Positions 50,979 through 64,000 of a DNA stretch of 64,000 nt are shown here, in pieces. Source of the stretch: Antedon mediterranea (lineage: Eukaryota > Animalia > Echinodermata); assembly GCF_964355755.1 (NCBI RefSeq), contig NC_092675.1, positions 14,542,912-14,606,911 of the forward strand, given 5' to 3'. Within the stretch, counting starts at the first letter, position 1. Every line of letters begins with the position of its first letter. The notes beneath the pieces are model-generated. The model searched no databases, was not told the origin of the DNA, and worked only from the letters and a program-made list of their open reading frames with translations. The translations under genes and the position numbers were made by a program.

Positions 50979-51745
50979 CTGAAGAAGAAAGAAAAGTTAG
51001 TAATAATAACAAGGGATGTATAGGGGGTAGTTGTTTGAATTGTTCACCAACAATTGAGACAGGCCTTTTAGGTATTTAATTTTTGTTTGAAATGTGTTTG
51101 TTCAAACGACAAAATTATATGACAGACAAATAGATTAATATTACATACAGTAGCCTATGTAAATATGTGACTACTGCTTCGAGGATCGTAAATCGAGTAC
51201 GATGATATTAAATGAGTAATTTTCGCGTGATTATCGTTTCCCTGATATTAAACATATAAAATCCAGCAACTTCTCGATGAGTTTGATATCGACTGTTTAA
51301 TTGCAAGTGAAAACTAGTGTTTGGCGATAAATAAATGTCATTATCCCGAGACAACGTTTTACACACTATGCCACGTAATTCGCTACGTAAACTAATCAAT
51401 TATTATTATTAAACTATGCATACATAGTGCCCGCATTTTGTTAGTCACCCTCTATAGACATGAAAAAAAGACCATTGTGATTGGTCAATGCTCACGGGAC
51501 AAACCTGGTACGCGCGGCAACATCCGGTGATTCGGCTCAGCTAGGACTAGTATTGATATTAATATTATTATTAGGGCAGGATTATGATTATTAGGGCAGG
51601 ATTATGATTATTAGTGCAGGATGATTATTATTAGTCTAGGATTATTGATGGAAATTCTTCTGTTAATTTACAAGGCCTAGGTGTCTATCTCTCTAACCAA
51701 TTCTCGAATCTCTCCTTCCACCATGTCAACATTATTGTTGTCAAT

Positions 51746-53091
51746 CTAGGTATTGTTCAAACAGTTAAATCCGCAACGGTTAAAGCATTTAATTATTGTA
51801 GTCTCTAATGTCTCTCTCCATGATGTTGCTGTCCAGTTTACTGCATCCAGAACGTTAGTTTGTTTTGTGATGTCGCTTGCTGATTGTGCATCGTCAACTT
51901 TCGCTAAAACACTCTGCAACAACATGAGAGGAGACGTTATCAAGAAATAATAAAATATTTCAACCCTGAAACCTCATTTGATTGTTTAAGTCCGTCAAAT
52001 AATCATCAAACAATGCACCAGTCATCCAGGCTTTTCTGTTAGCTTTCCACACTACGTGAAGTCGATCTTTCTTTATGGTTTTAAAGCATCTTGGGTTTTC
52101 AGCACGTCCGATAATCATTGGTTTAAGCTGAAAAAATAAATAACGAACATGATTAAAAAATACAGAAAAAAAAACAACATTTGAATTTGAAGAGGAAACG
52201 AGATCTTTTTATTGATGCTTTTTATTATATATATTTAAAAACGGATGGTGCTGCTGTTTTCAAAGGTTTCATGCTTAGGAACATATGGACATAAGACAGA
52301 CGAAAATAACAAAATCTAATGATGTACAAAAAATGTGACAAAATTTACATGAAAAACAATAAAGAAAAAAAAACAACGCATAAACGATGCGCACATGACT
52401 GATTGCATGATGTGATGCGGATAGACAAAATAAATGATTAAAAATAAAACGAAAAACGTACCTTTTCACCAGTCACACTGCATGTGAACATCACTGTTAG
52501 TCTTTCTTTAGAAGATTTCACTCCTTTAACGTCGTCATGCATTTCAGCTAGTGTCCTGTTCGGTAATGCGCGGAAAAACAGACCAGTTTCGTCACAGTTA
52601 AAAATGTCCTTTGGTTCATAACCAAAGCAAAGTTCGGCAATCTGTTCTTTCCACTGTGTTACAACTTCCTGATTGACATCCCCTCTTTCTCCGCAGATAA
52701 CCAATTGTTTTATGTCTCCTTTTCCATTTGGTTAACCATCCATCAGATGCTTTGAAGTCCACAAGGTTCAATTCCTCTGCGAATTGCTCTGCCTTTGCCT
52801 TTATTAAGGTTCCACTAATGGGGATATGTTTATTCCTATCAGTTCTAAACCAAACTAACATAGCTGGTCGATGTCCGAAAACTTAGTTTTGATCACTCTG
52901 AATTTTGTACCTGTGCTGACTTCCTTCTTGCTCCGATATTTATCCTTAATAGCTTTCATAATGTCATAGATCGTTGATTTTCCAAGCCCATACTTTTTCG
53001 TTGCTTCCATTACTTTCATTCCACCTTCTACATCTGCTATCATTCTAATTTTCATAGTTAAGTCAAGTTCATTCCGTTTACGTTTTGCCAT
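51746..53091 (-). pseudogene. pogo/Tigger transposase (CENP-B-type HTH plus DDE_1), frameshifted, with an apparent intron at 52128-52461
   Basis: MAKRKRNELDL...GLGKSTIYDI, PISGTLIKAKA...FKASDGWL..WKRRH, IFNCDETGLF, SKERLTVMF...GEK|LKPMIIGRAENPRCFK...KAWMT. Confidence 0.88.
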
Positions 53092-55769
53092 GATGATTTC
53101 ACATCCACGTCAAATAGTGATAATGGGAAATTAAGTGCTCCGAGAGCCTTTTTAATTTAAAAGTTAGCCAGAGCCTTTTTCGATAGGCTATACATAGAAA
53201 GTTACCGAACATTTCGAGCGACGCGGGTTCCGACTTCCGTATTTTATAGGCTGTCTAAATTTCCTTTTTAACTCGTTTATATTAATTATATTGCTGTTTA
53301 ATTGATTTCTGTGTATTAGTAACATTTATTTTAAACAAAAACCACAACAGTACCAATTTTTGTTGATTATGGATTCATTTATTCGAATTCTAAGATAAAC
53401 GTCTAAGCCAAGTGTAAGCGTAAACAAAGCGAGTCATACGACAAAAACAAGAAAGTGAAAACTAACTAGTTTGTTAAAATAGTTAACATTAACTTGGAAT
53501 TTTTAAATGAAATTCTGAAAACGGTATAATATAGTCTTATATGTATTTTCTAAGATTTCCAAAAATAAGCTTGGTGTTATTTTTCAAACAAATTCTATAA
53601 GGAGTTGAATATAGGTCTGTTTTAAGCGAAAGCACGGTGCGCGTAGGCCTAGGGAGACGCGGCAGGGCTGGAATAATCGTTTTCTTAGGCGAAGAGAATG
53701 AGGGAAGATGCGCTTCATCATTGGCCACTCGATTGTTATTCTTGTTAAGTGGCTGATTCATAATATGAGGACAAAGGGCAAATGTGTTCCATTTTGAAAT
53801 AAAGTGTTGAACTTTCATTTTTCTTAAAATTATTAAGAAGTGGGTGTGGGGACTGTCTGCAAGCTAGGCCTGGACTGTTTAAATTGGTAAAATACTATAA
53901 AATCAATACATTCTTGGGGCTAAATAATTAATGACATTTCACGATTCCCTTCTTTTTATTATAATAATGGAGCAATAAATGAAATACACACCATTTAACA
54001 TAAAACCTTTAATTTTATCACAAATTAGACAACACGTTTTGTACATCAAATTAACATCTTTTGTACTACTAGGCCTAGGCCTTTTTCTATATTTATAATG
54101 ATTATTTATTGCCGATTTGGAAATCACAACAACCAACCTCCGCTTGAACCTTTATCTATATATAAATTTACGTAAGGGCAAAATTCGGTAAATCGCGCCT
54201 TACTTCTAGAATTTTTACTCGATGGTATATAAAGTTGATTCGTACTTTCGGTACTGATTTTAACCACCTGATGTAACCCTGTTTACTAATTAAATTGAGT
54301 TAGATAATTAGTTATTGACGATTAAAACGAATTTAGGTTCAACGATTTGCCCCAAATAGGGGTGTTTTCCGATCGTGGTATACACTGTCTAATGGATGTC
54401 CAACTTGAAAAATACCCGCACACGATAATACGAGGACGCTTCGCATTTTCCTATCTCCTCCTACGATAATTGTTTTTAATAGCTGTAAACCGGTTGAACT
54501 GCTCGAGTACAGCATCATAATGTTGAAGACTTTTCTTTTAAAAATACTATTTTGATAGATTTAATTTACGTTTTTACAAATGTATTGATTTGCGATGAAT
54601 GGAACATTCCAATCTCTCAGTCTGCCAGTTTGGTTTAACACAAGTAGGTAAATTTATGAGCCCTTGGAGAATAAACTTGCAATACTTTGACAATACAGTA
54701 CTGCAAATACCTATTAACCATTTTTGGTCATCATTTGAATCGAACATTTCTTACTGTGAATACTGTTAGATGTATATATACAAACATTTCTTACTGTGAA
54801 TACTGTTAGATGTAAAAAAATATATACAAATAAACTTTATTACTGTGACTGTGGGTAGGCTCTACTGTTAGATATATAAACACGTAATATACAAATAAAC
54901 TTTATTACTGACAGTTGCTTCTCAACGTTTGCATTAATTAATAATTACAAAAAATATAAACGTTGTAGTGGTGTATCGTTACATGTACTTTACTATTTCA
55001 ATCGACTATGACAGTGACAGTTTTAACAAAGTATTAAATCGCAAATGTCTTACTATATTTAGTCACCGTTAGTGGTATATTATTTATAGGCCTATAAAAA
55101 ATGAAAACAATATTTCGTTACTGACGTGGATAAGAATATATTTAAAAATTGTTCCTCTTTGTACCTATCCTCTTTCCCATCCCTCAACCCTAATTGGGTT
55201 TCTTTAAATGAATAAACAATTTGGACTCATTTTGTGGTAAGTTTCTCTTTCGGAAGTAATTCCCCGGGTGATAATTTTGGTTGACTACATAAATCATTGT
55301 GTCTTCTTATTCGTTTTTGTAAACGACAATGTATTATAGTCCTGCGGTACGTGCATTTGAAATCGCCAGATATTTTACCCTGAAATTACTGTGTATTCGA
55401 GAACCATCTGTGGGCACGACCTAGATGGTACGCGAGCGAAGCGAGCGTACCATCTAGTATAAGTAATTTAGGAAAATATCAAGTTTTTAAAAATTAAATG
55501 TCCTTTGGCAATAAAAATCTGTAGATATCCATAAAATTACTGTATGTGTTGTTTCACATATGCCGGTCTGCGTAACAATGAACAAGCAAATAACAAATTG
55601 ACAAAAGCAGGTACAGTATTACATAATAATAACTCATGTCAATCAGATAGACAAGATAGAACTCAATTCCTAAATGATACATTAAGTCCATTGGGTTTGA
55701 GAGTTCCAAGTTGAAAAATGATACGTTCTTCTAGTCGTCTACGGTCATGTTAACACTGTTAGTGAAGGA

Positions 55770-56062
55770 TCAGGACCAACAGGTGGTAAACGGTCCAGTC
55801 CCAATTGCACAGTGGCTGTGTGTGACAATGGCTGTGTTTGTGTGGACTAGTACCCCGGGGTAGCCCCCTACTCATCTCGAAAGATGTACTAGGTTCTTTA
55901 AAGTGCACATGTGTACACTGGACCTCCGGTTTATAGTCCTTATCTGAGAAGACTCATTCTACCACCAGAACCATGGAGTGAGTGAGCCTCGAACCATTGA
56001 CGATGTTATGGCTACGTAATTACGGTTCCACTGTCTTAACCGCTGGGCCACTCACTCACTAC
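55770..56062 (-). mobile_element. tRNA-derived SINE with Deu/Nin-like central domain
   Basis: Minus strand has box A TGGCCCAGCGG and box B GGTTCGAGGC, then tcagataaggactataaaccggaggtcc...gcactttaaagaacc...gagtagggggctaccccgg. Confidence 0.6.
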
Positions 56063-56069
56063 ATAAGAT

Positions 56070-56522
56070 AGAATGTTACCTAAAAATCACAAAAGATGAG
56101 TGTAAGACGGCCTTAAGTACCATGGTAAACAATAAATCGCCAGGGTGTGATGGATTCACTGCTGAATTTGATAATTTTTTTTCAGACGTCCTATTTAGCC
56201 TCTTTACTTTCAATCAAAACAAACTATCTATTTCACAAAGGCGAGGAATTATTACACTTATACCTAAATAAGGAAAAAAACCATTGTACCTTGAGAACTG
56301 GAGACCACTAACTTTATTGAATGTTGATTACAAAATATTAGCAAAAACAATCGCAATGAGAATAAAATTGAAATTGCCAGAAATAATTCACTCCGATCAA
56401 ACTGTTTTTTTTTTAAATAGGTATATAGGTGAAAATATACGAACAATATTTGATATAATAGATCGAGCAGAGGAAAGGAATCTACAGAATCTTCTCCTTT
56501 TCATTGACTTTGAAAAGGCTTC
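56070..56522 (+). pseudogene. L1/Tx1-clade reverse transcriptase fragment
   Basis: NKSPGCDGFTAEF, GIITLIPK, NWRPLTLLNVDYKILAK, RYIGENIR, IDFEKA. Confidence 0.85.
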
Positions 56523-57094
56523 ATAGAATATTCACTCAAACTTTTTGGTTTTGCTAAAAACATAATTAAATTGACCAAAATCATGTGATTGCGCGGGTGC
56601 CCTCTCAATCATCTTTGATACCAAACTTGACATGTTTATATTTTTTAAATTTTTCAAAAAGTTATGTAATATATTTATATAATGGGTGTATAGTAGCTTA
56701 ATTAATGGCATCATTATATTGTTCAAATTATATTTTACATATTTCTGTGATGTTGTACATGTCAAAGCTTTAATTTTACCAAACTTGCCGTATTTCTTTA
56801 TTTTTTTTACAAAGTTACGTAATATAATGGGTGCGCCTTGATGACGTCATTATATTGTGATATTATATATCATGTTAGTGGTATTATGTCATAAGCTATA
56901 ATTTGATACCAAACTTTTCACATAGCTACATAATATATTTAAAAGGGGCGTGGTCAAAATGACGTCATTAAATTGTTCAAATTTTTGGGCTCCCCTTGTA
57001 GAATTGTCATTAAGGTTCTAAAGTAGGTTTCTGCCAAGTTTGGTGATTTTTTCTACCAAGAGAATTTGGATGTTTAAAAATTATTCTTGTTTTA

Positions 57095-57258
57095 ATATTC
57101 CTCCTGACGGAAACGCAGAAAGGGCAACTAATCACATTGCCGAACAGGAGCAAGTTTTATCAGCCCGTTCACCAGGTCCTACTTTCATACTTGGCGACTT
57201 TAATCATTGCCGCCTAAACAGAATATTACCAAACTACAAACAGTATGTTGTCTGTTCT
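57095..57258 (+). pseudogene. LINE APE endonuclease fragment (Rex1/Babar-like)
   Basis: IPPDGNA...FILGDFNHCRL...LPNYKQYV. Confidence 0.65.
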
Positions 57259-59404
57259 TCGATGTTTTTGTGTTATTTGATTTATATCGTTGATGGATTT
57301 GATATATTTTTTCATTTAAGTATAAGTATATATTTTTGTATAATTCAACCCAAAAGTTGCAATAAAAGTATTTTATCAGCACTACTAGTAGGTGTCCCAA
57401 TGAAAAAATTCAGATTAATTTGTTTACTTTTTCTTTCAGTTAACCATAAAGAACTTAATGTAATTAGCATTTTGCAATTTAAATGATTGAAATCCGATTA
57501 CCCGTTCTAAAGTTACGGTTATTTAAAGTGGTAAAAAATATCTGATTTTTTGCCTAAAAATTGTGTTTTTTGCAGTTAAAATTGGAAGCATTTTTAAAAG
57601 GTTATAACTTTTACAATAATTAGTTAAAAGTTTTGAATTTTGTTAGATATCACAGAGTTGTACAACTCTATTTTTTTTGGAGCCTCAACGAAACCTATTT
57701 TTAAAATTATTGGTCCGCAAAGTGGTAGTTAGGAAAGCATTTAGCGTCCATTTTCATTTGCTGGAATTCCCTAAAAAATGAAAAAACTGCAATTTTTCAA
57801 TGATCTGTAACTTTTGAACTACTGTACTAATTCATTTATTTTTTTTGTACTTGTTAGAATGTAGTGTATATTTCATTAATAAATATATTTTAGATGTGTA
57901 TATAAAAAAAAAATAAAAATTTAATGGTGAAATTTAAAATTATAAAAAAAAAATATGTAAAAGTATGTTAAAAACTGTGTGTACTGTTTCCTTTCTTTTA
58001 CACTAATTTTTGGTAAGTATGATTATTAGAATATTTTAATATACTTTATGACACCAAATCTAAGCCGGGCTAAGATATGCTCTTTTAAGGCAAACACACA
58101 ATGGGTCAAAATAAACTCATTTAAAATAATCAATGTTAATTAAAACAATTAATTGTTTACCTGAATAGTATATATAACATTATAAAAATTGTTTTCTTTT
58201 CGTATTTCTAACCGTAAGTACGTTATTAAATTGAAATACGGAGCTAAAGTTTAGGCCAAGTCACGGCTTACTCGCGATCAGCAGTCGCTCCCGTTAAAGT
58301 ATTTAGGTCGCAGTTAATGACTTTCGACCGCCGTATACAGAGTCAAATGTAACGTTGGTAAATTAGCTTAACCCTTTCACTGCGTATACCCGGTACTACC
58401 GGGTATAAACAAACGTCGTTGAAATACGTATACCCGGTAATACCAGGTAAAAAACGGCCCTCTATAGTTGTATTATCGTCTTGAAAATAATGCGCCCTCT
58501 ATAGTTAATTATATATAGTATAGTATATATAATAGTATTTCTATCTTGGAAAGTTGTTTTGAGTAGCGTAATGGCGGCCATTTTGAAAGTAACACAAATT
58601 TACCAGCCCCAATAGGGCAACATCGTGTTTATCACAACACACACAAAAAAAAAATTCTGAAACAATAGTTAGTTTTTGTACTATAGTGAATTATTGGAAA
58701 CTGTCATTATTTTCTCGATTTTGCCCCAAAACTTTGATTTGTGCATAATTTTTATAAAACAATAAAAATAATTTTTTTTTTTTATTTTTATTTGTTATAC
58801 ATATCTTCATCAATATCCAGTTGGAAAAACGTATTCCATATACTCTAGTAGCTAGATCAACTTTCGTATGCACTTTGAGGTCCACAGAATTTGACTTCAG
58901 AAATTGGTTTAGGATGGTCAAATTGGCTTGGTTACACATTTTGAAAATGTGGCAAAAGGTCAAAAGGTCAGGGTGAAAGGTTATAATATCAAACACCAAT
59001 AGGTCCTTAAATCTTGACAACCACTGGTCACAGCAAGGTAATTTTGGTCTCAAATTGATCAGAAGGTATACATTTATATTCAGTCTAATGGGACATTTTA
59101 CTCAAAAATGACCGGAAATGCCATTCCTGACCTTTGACCCACTACCCAGGGCATGTATGTATCTCCGTAACTACTGGTCGTAGACACTTAAATTAAGTCT
59201 TAAATTGTTCGCAATATGCATTTTGTTATTTGCTGCACATTTCGAAAAATGTTACAAAGGTCAAAGGGTCAGGGTCAAGGGTTATATGAACAAACACAAA
59301 CAGGTACTAATATCTCGGCAACCACTGGTGGCAGCAAGTCAATGTTGGTCTCAAAATGTTCAGAAGGCATGCATTCATATTCAGTCTAATGGGACATTTT
59401 AGTG

Positions 59405-60165
59405 AACAAGGCCAACAGCCATTAAGTCGCGTGCTACAATGCATAGTGATACCGGACCGACAGACAGACAGACAGAGAGACCGACCGACCGACCGACATA
59501 GTGAACTATACTGACCGAAATTACTGAACATGTTTAAAAATGTTGAAATGTTTAAAAACATTTTTTTTTTTTTTATTTACACGTGCGTAGCCTGTCACTT
59601 TCGACGTGCTCGTATAACGTAATTTCGAGTTGAAAATTAAGTCAAGAAAACAGAAATCGGGCAAAAAGAGTGCGCAATAACATTTAACGCGCAGTGCGCG
59701 CGCAAAAATATGCGCACTCATGGCAATTTTGTAAACGCTTAAAATTGCCTGAAATATACTCTTATTTCATCGAAAATAAATTTTGAAAATGTTAAGCGCG
59801 CGTACGCATGCGTTACATGCGCTATGCACGTAATTGTATTGCCATATGATGATTTATGCCCTGAAATTTATGAGTACCAAATTTTATTTAATTGTGATTC
59901 ATGGTTGTGAAGATATGATTACAAACGTGATTTCGTTAAATCGTGCGTAGACCGCGTAATTTTTTATTGCGCACCGTGAAAACATAACCACATTGATTCC
60001 TGGCCATAAGGAATATACTGTGAAAAATTGACCTAGCTAGATTAAACTGATATCAAGATAAGGTCAGAAAGCGATAAAACGCATAGTGATACCGGACCGA
60101 CAGACAGACCGACAGACCGACCGACCGACATAGTGAACTATAGAGTCGCTTCCACGCGACTAAAA
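59405..60165 (-). mobile_element. Uninterrupted DINE-1/HINE-like element
   Basis: Near-identical to 180-705 plus 6353-6615; absent from the opposite TIR arm at ~62400-62420. Confidence 0.75.
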
Positions 60166-61279
60166 ATGATCAGAAATGCCATTTCTGACCTTTGACCCAT
60201 ATACCAGGGCATCTTTATATCTATGCAAGTACTGGTCGTAGAAACTTAAATTGTTGGAAATATACATATTTACATTCATTCTAACAGAAAATTTGGTGAA
60301 AAGATGATCAGAAATACTATTATTTACTAATGTTTCAAACAAAAAACATCCTCTACACAACCTATTCTTATATAAATGTTATGCAATAAATGATGCTTTA
60401 AATGATTTCATTATAGGAATTACAACAAATCCTTTACTGTTCGTAATTGTACTTTTGCTTATAATAATGCTAGAAAATATTGTTGACCCCTGAGGACGAT
60501 CAAACATTGATAGAAACGTCAAACTCAACAGTTCTCTTCAGAATGCTAGAAGTAACTTACCGTATTTATCCGAATAAATGCAACGGACATTTATTGTTCA
60601 GAGGGGTGTTTAGGGGGAGGGGTGTTTATTTGGTGGAGGCGTTTATTATTTTTTTTGGGTGTAATATGGTAACATGTATAATCAAATAAATACACCCTAG
60701 ATATAAAAAATACAACACAATTAATATCGTAATAAGAATAACTGGATTAAACCTTCTTCATCCAGGTGCAAGTAGAATCATGATATTGAAAAGGTATCGG
60801 AGACAACTATATAGACCACCAATTCATGCTCATCATTCTGTATGACCATGACACAATATTTTTAAATGTCACCGACAAATTATACATATACACGTCTGTT
60901 CCCAGTGTACATAATAAAATAATATATATTTCTGGAGATTTATTATCAATATCACTAGAAACTTAGATTTTTTTACTTTTTAAGTACTAAGTGAATTGAA
61001 AAAAAAAGCATCAGAAGTGTATTTTAAAATGTTATAGATCATGATAAAATCATACTACAACACACTACAGTACACAAGGGTGTTTTCAGGAAAGCTGGAC
61101 ATGTTGTAGTACAATAGTATAAACTATGTATTGGCATGCAAAAGACAGTGTTGATTGTTGACAAATTGTCCTCACAAACAAACAGAAAATAGAATGAAGA
61201 TCCATAACAATTGTGTAATCGTGTCTTATATAGTGTCTCAGGATAATGATGTGTCATTGTTTTATATCATTGTACTGGC

Positions 61280-61520
61280 ACCGTAAAGAAAAGAAGGCTG
61301 ACATGGTATGGTCACCTGCTCCGTTTAAATGAAAACACACCAGCTAAGATCACACTCGGAGAAACTCAGAGAAAGACCAAAAGAAAGACCAAAAACAACA
61401 TGGATGGCAAAAATAAAAAAGGAAACAGAACTTTTCACATGCGGACCTATACACATGCTTGCTCAAAAACGTACTGAGCGGCGAACACAAGTGAGACGCG
61501 CAATGTCTAACGACGATTAG
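61280..61520 (+). pseudogene. 3' fragment of an RTE-like LINE
   Basis: RRLTWYGHLLRLNENTPAK...RPKTTW resembles RTE C-termini. Confidence 0.55.
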
Positions 61521-64000
61521 CGTTTAAAAAGATACTGGCACCTAGAGAGGATTCGTTAAATGGAGCCTGTGACAGTGTCACTTTATTCTAAAAGACAGAA
61601 ACATTTTGTTACAAAAGCATAAAGAGGAAAATACATCATGTAAAGTACATTTTATCAGTGAGAAACGAATTATATACCATTATTAAAATTAGAGTATTTA
61701 TTCAAATAAACACCCGTTTTGAATATAAGCCTCCTTCGAATAAACGCTCACCCCGGCCCTCCCTTCGATTTAAACGCACCGCCACATGCATATACACAAC
61801 AAGGCCATATATATGGCTGCAGTCGCGTGCTCAAATTTGAGTTAGTGTTTACCGACCAACCGACCGATATAGTGAGCTGTAGTGTTGCGTTGCACGCGAC
61901 TAATAATTGTATCACAACACATTTCAATGACTACCATAATCTAAAATTTAGCAAGCATTTTGTATCACTTTTTGATATTAATATCTGCTGTAGGTAGGTA
62001 CTTCTAGCATTCTGAAAAGAATTCTGTTGGGCTCGACGTTTCTATCAAAATGTTTAATCGTCCTCTGGGGTCAACAATACTTTCTAGCATTATAAGCAAA
62101 AATACAATTACAAACAGTGAAGTATTTGTTTTAAACCCAATAATGAAACAATTTAAAGCTATTGCATAACATTACTGTCCAAGGTTAAGTTGTGTAGAGA
62201 TATGTTTTTTGTTTGAAACAATAACATTAGTACTAATAATAGTATTTCTGATCATCTTTTAACCAAATTTTCTATTAGAATGAATGTAAATATGTATATT
62301 TCGAACAATTTGATACCAAATTTAAGTTTCTACGACCAGTACTTAAAGAGTTGAAGATGCCCTGGTATGTGGGTCAAAGGTCAGAAAGGGCATTTCTGAT
62401 AATTTTTTACTTAAATGCCCCATTAGACTAAATATGAATGCATGCCTTCTGAAGATTTTGAGACCAACATTGACTTCCTGTGACCAGTGGTTGCCAAGAT
62501 ACAAGTACCTACTGTATTTATATACATGTCCATATAACCCTTGACACTGACCCTTTGACCTTTTGTAACTTTTTTCAAAATGTGTAACAAATAACAAAAT
62601 GTATATTTCGAACAATTTAAGACCAAATTCAAGTGTCTACGACCAGTAGTTACGGAGATACATACATGCCTTGGGTTGTGGGTCAAAGGCCAGAAATTGC
62701 ATTTCCGGTCATTTTTACTAAAATGTCCCATTAGACTGAATATAAATGTATACCTTCTGATCAATTTGAGACCAAAATTACCTTTCTGTGACCAGTGGTT
62801 GTCGAGATTTAAGGACATGTTGGTGTTTTGTATTATAACCTTTCACCCTGACCTTTTGACCTTTCGCCACATTTTCAAAATGTGTAAGCCAAAATTGATT
62901 GTTTGATCATCCTAAACCAATTTCTGAAGTCAAATTCTCTGGACCTTAAAGTGCATACGAAAGTTGATCTAGCTACTAGAGTAATAAGAATTTCTTATAG
63001 AAAATATAGTTTTTATCATTGAATAGATAAAAAACTCGAAATCCAAAATACCTGTAATGACGTCATCAATATGCAAATTCCTTTTTTTTTTATACCTAAC
63101 TGTAAACTAACCCTTTGCCCATCACACACCACAAAAATAATTACACAATTATCTCAATTAGTATTTTTTTTAAATTTATTAAAATATGTTTTTCTTAAAT
63201 ATATATTGCGCACAGAGGTGGGAATAATGCGCCGCAGTGAAAGGGTTAATAAATTTCTTCGGTACATTTTAACCTAACGCATTTGCATTGTATACTTGCA
63301 TAATAAATCTTCCGCACATTACATCAATTTTAAGTTGTTAAATTAATGTGTAAAACCAGATATTCTACAACGGAATAGGACATGTCAATCTCCGACATCG
63401 CTGCTGTCACACATCTCGCGTCGAGCCGGCCGAAATCGAGCGAGGAAAACTAAACAATGTGTTCAAAATATGGAACGTACCATTCGCTGATAGGGTGCAT
63501 TGATGTATTAAACGGAAAATGTCACAACAAACTAGCGCGTACTTTACAGTACAATATTTTACTCACTACAATATTCACTGGATTATAATGGTTCAATCTT
63601 CGAAATTCTGAACGGGATTTACGCCTCATGCACCATTTTAAAATGTAGTTTGCACAATTACCATGCACAAAACGTTTGTAATCTATGTTTTATCGATTTC
63701 AATGTAGATTTAGCTATAATTTAATACCAAAATCCATAAAAATTTTCCATAAACAATGATTCAAAATTGGTTTTTTGTCACCAAAATTGATCTTTCGTTA
63801 CGAAAAACCTATAGAAGACGATTTTCACATCAAATTAAAGCTCATTTAAAGCCTGATAACAGAAATTTATTAACCCTTTCACTGCGGCGCATTATTCCCA
63901 CCTCTGTGCACAATATACACATTTAAAGCCTAAAGCCTTGACGCAACTAATTGGGAGGTTTTCACGGAATCGGCAAGTGATATTGATGAACTAACTGCGA

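Larger units (their letters stand above)
50055..54570. repeat. Inverted repeat pair (~50055-50470 and ~54160-54570)
   Basis: aaaattctagaagtaaggcgtgatttaccgaattttcccttacgtaaattt versus aaatttacgtaagggcaaaattcggtaaatcgcgccttacttctagaattttt, plus further matching blocks. Confidence 0.8.
58841..62983. mobile_element. Foldback element with ~1-kb TIRs and 3-bp TSD (Academ-like), nested in the piggyBac
   Basis: TACTCTAGTAGCTAGATCAACTTTCGTATGCACTTT ... AAAGTGCATACGAAAGTTGATCTAGCTACTAGAGTA; ATA on both sides; the left arm is split by a HINE-like copy; superfamily inferred from termini and TSD. Confidence 0.65.
58372..63245. mobile_element. Non-autonomous piggyBac element
   Basis: TTAA|CCCTTTCACTGCG ... 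CGCAGTGAAAGGG|TTAA (13-bp perfect TIR, TTAA TSD). Confidence 0.85.

Noticed and set aside
50979-64000. Upstream CTH exons (e.g. AESLGG motif)
   Set aside because: Not found by eye on the minus strand; probably outside the window, though a short exon could have been missed

Overview
AT-rich, intron-containing animal DNA, probably from a marine invertebrate; the organism cannot be determined from the sequence. The window is mostly nested transposable elements. The only clear host gene is the 3' end of cystathionine gamma-lyase (CTH, minus strand, exons 50840-50978 and 46196-46225). The main finding is a 20.4-kb DNA transposon (8133-28581) with TAC...GTA ends, ~630-bp repeat-rich TIRs and a perfect 6-bp TSD (TATCTC), which are IS3EU-type hallmarks. 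It carries an intact two-exon DDE transposase and an apparently near-intact ~17-exon HECT E3 ubiquitin ligase gene with a possible UBX-like domain. A separate 4.7-kb TIR element with a decayed protein kinase is nested inside it. Also present are a Kolobok element (THAP transposase plus P2X7-ballast-like KolX), IS3EU-, Ginger-, MULE-, piggyBac- and Academ-like non-autonomous elements, and a pogo/Tigger transposase with an intron. Retroelements and RNA features include an intact single-ORF CR1/L2-group LINE, a Penelope element with a hammerhead ribozyme, a Deu/Nin-type SINE and tRNA-Val pseudogenes. There are also several minisatellites. All coordinates were read by eye, and family names come from termini, TSD and motif recognition, not database searches.
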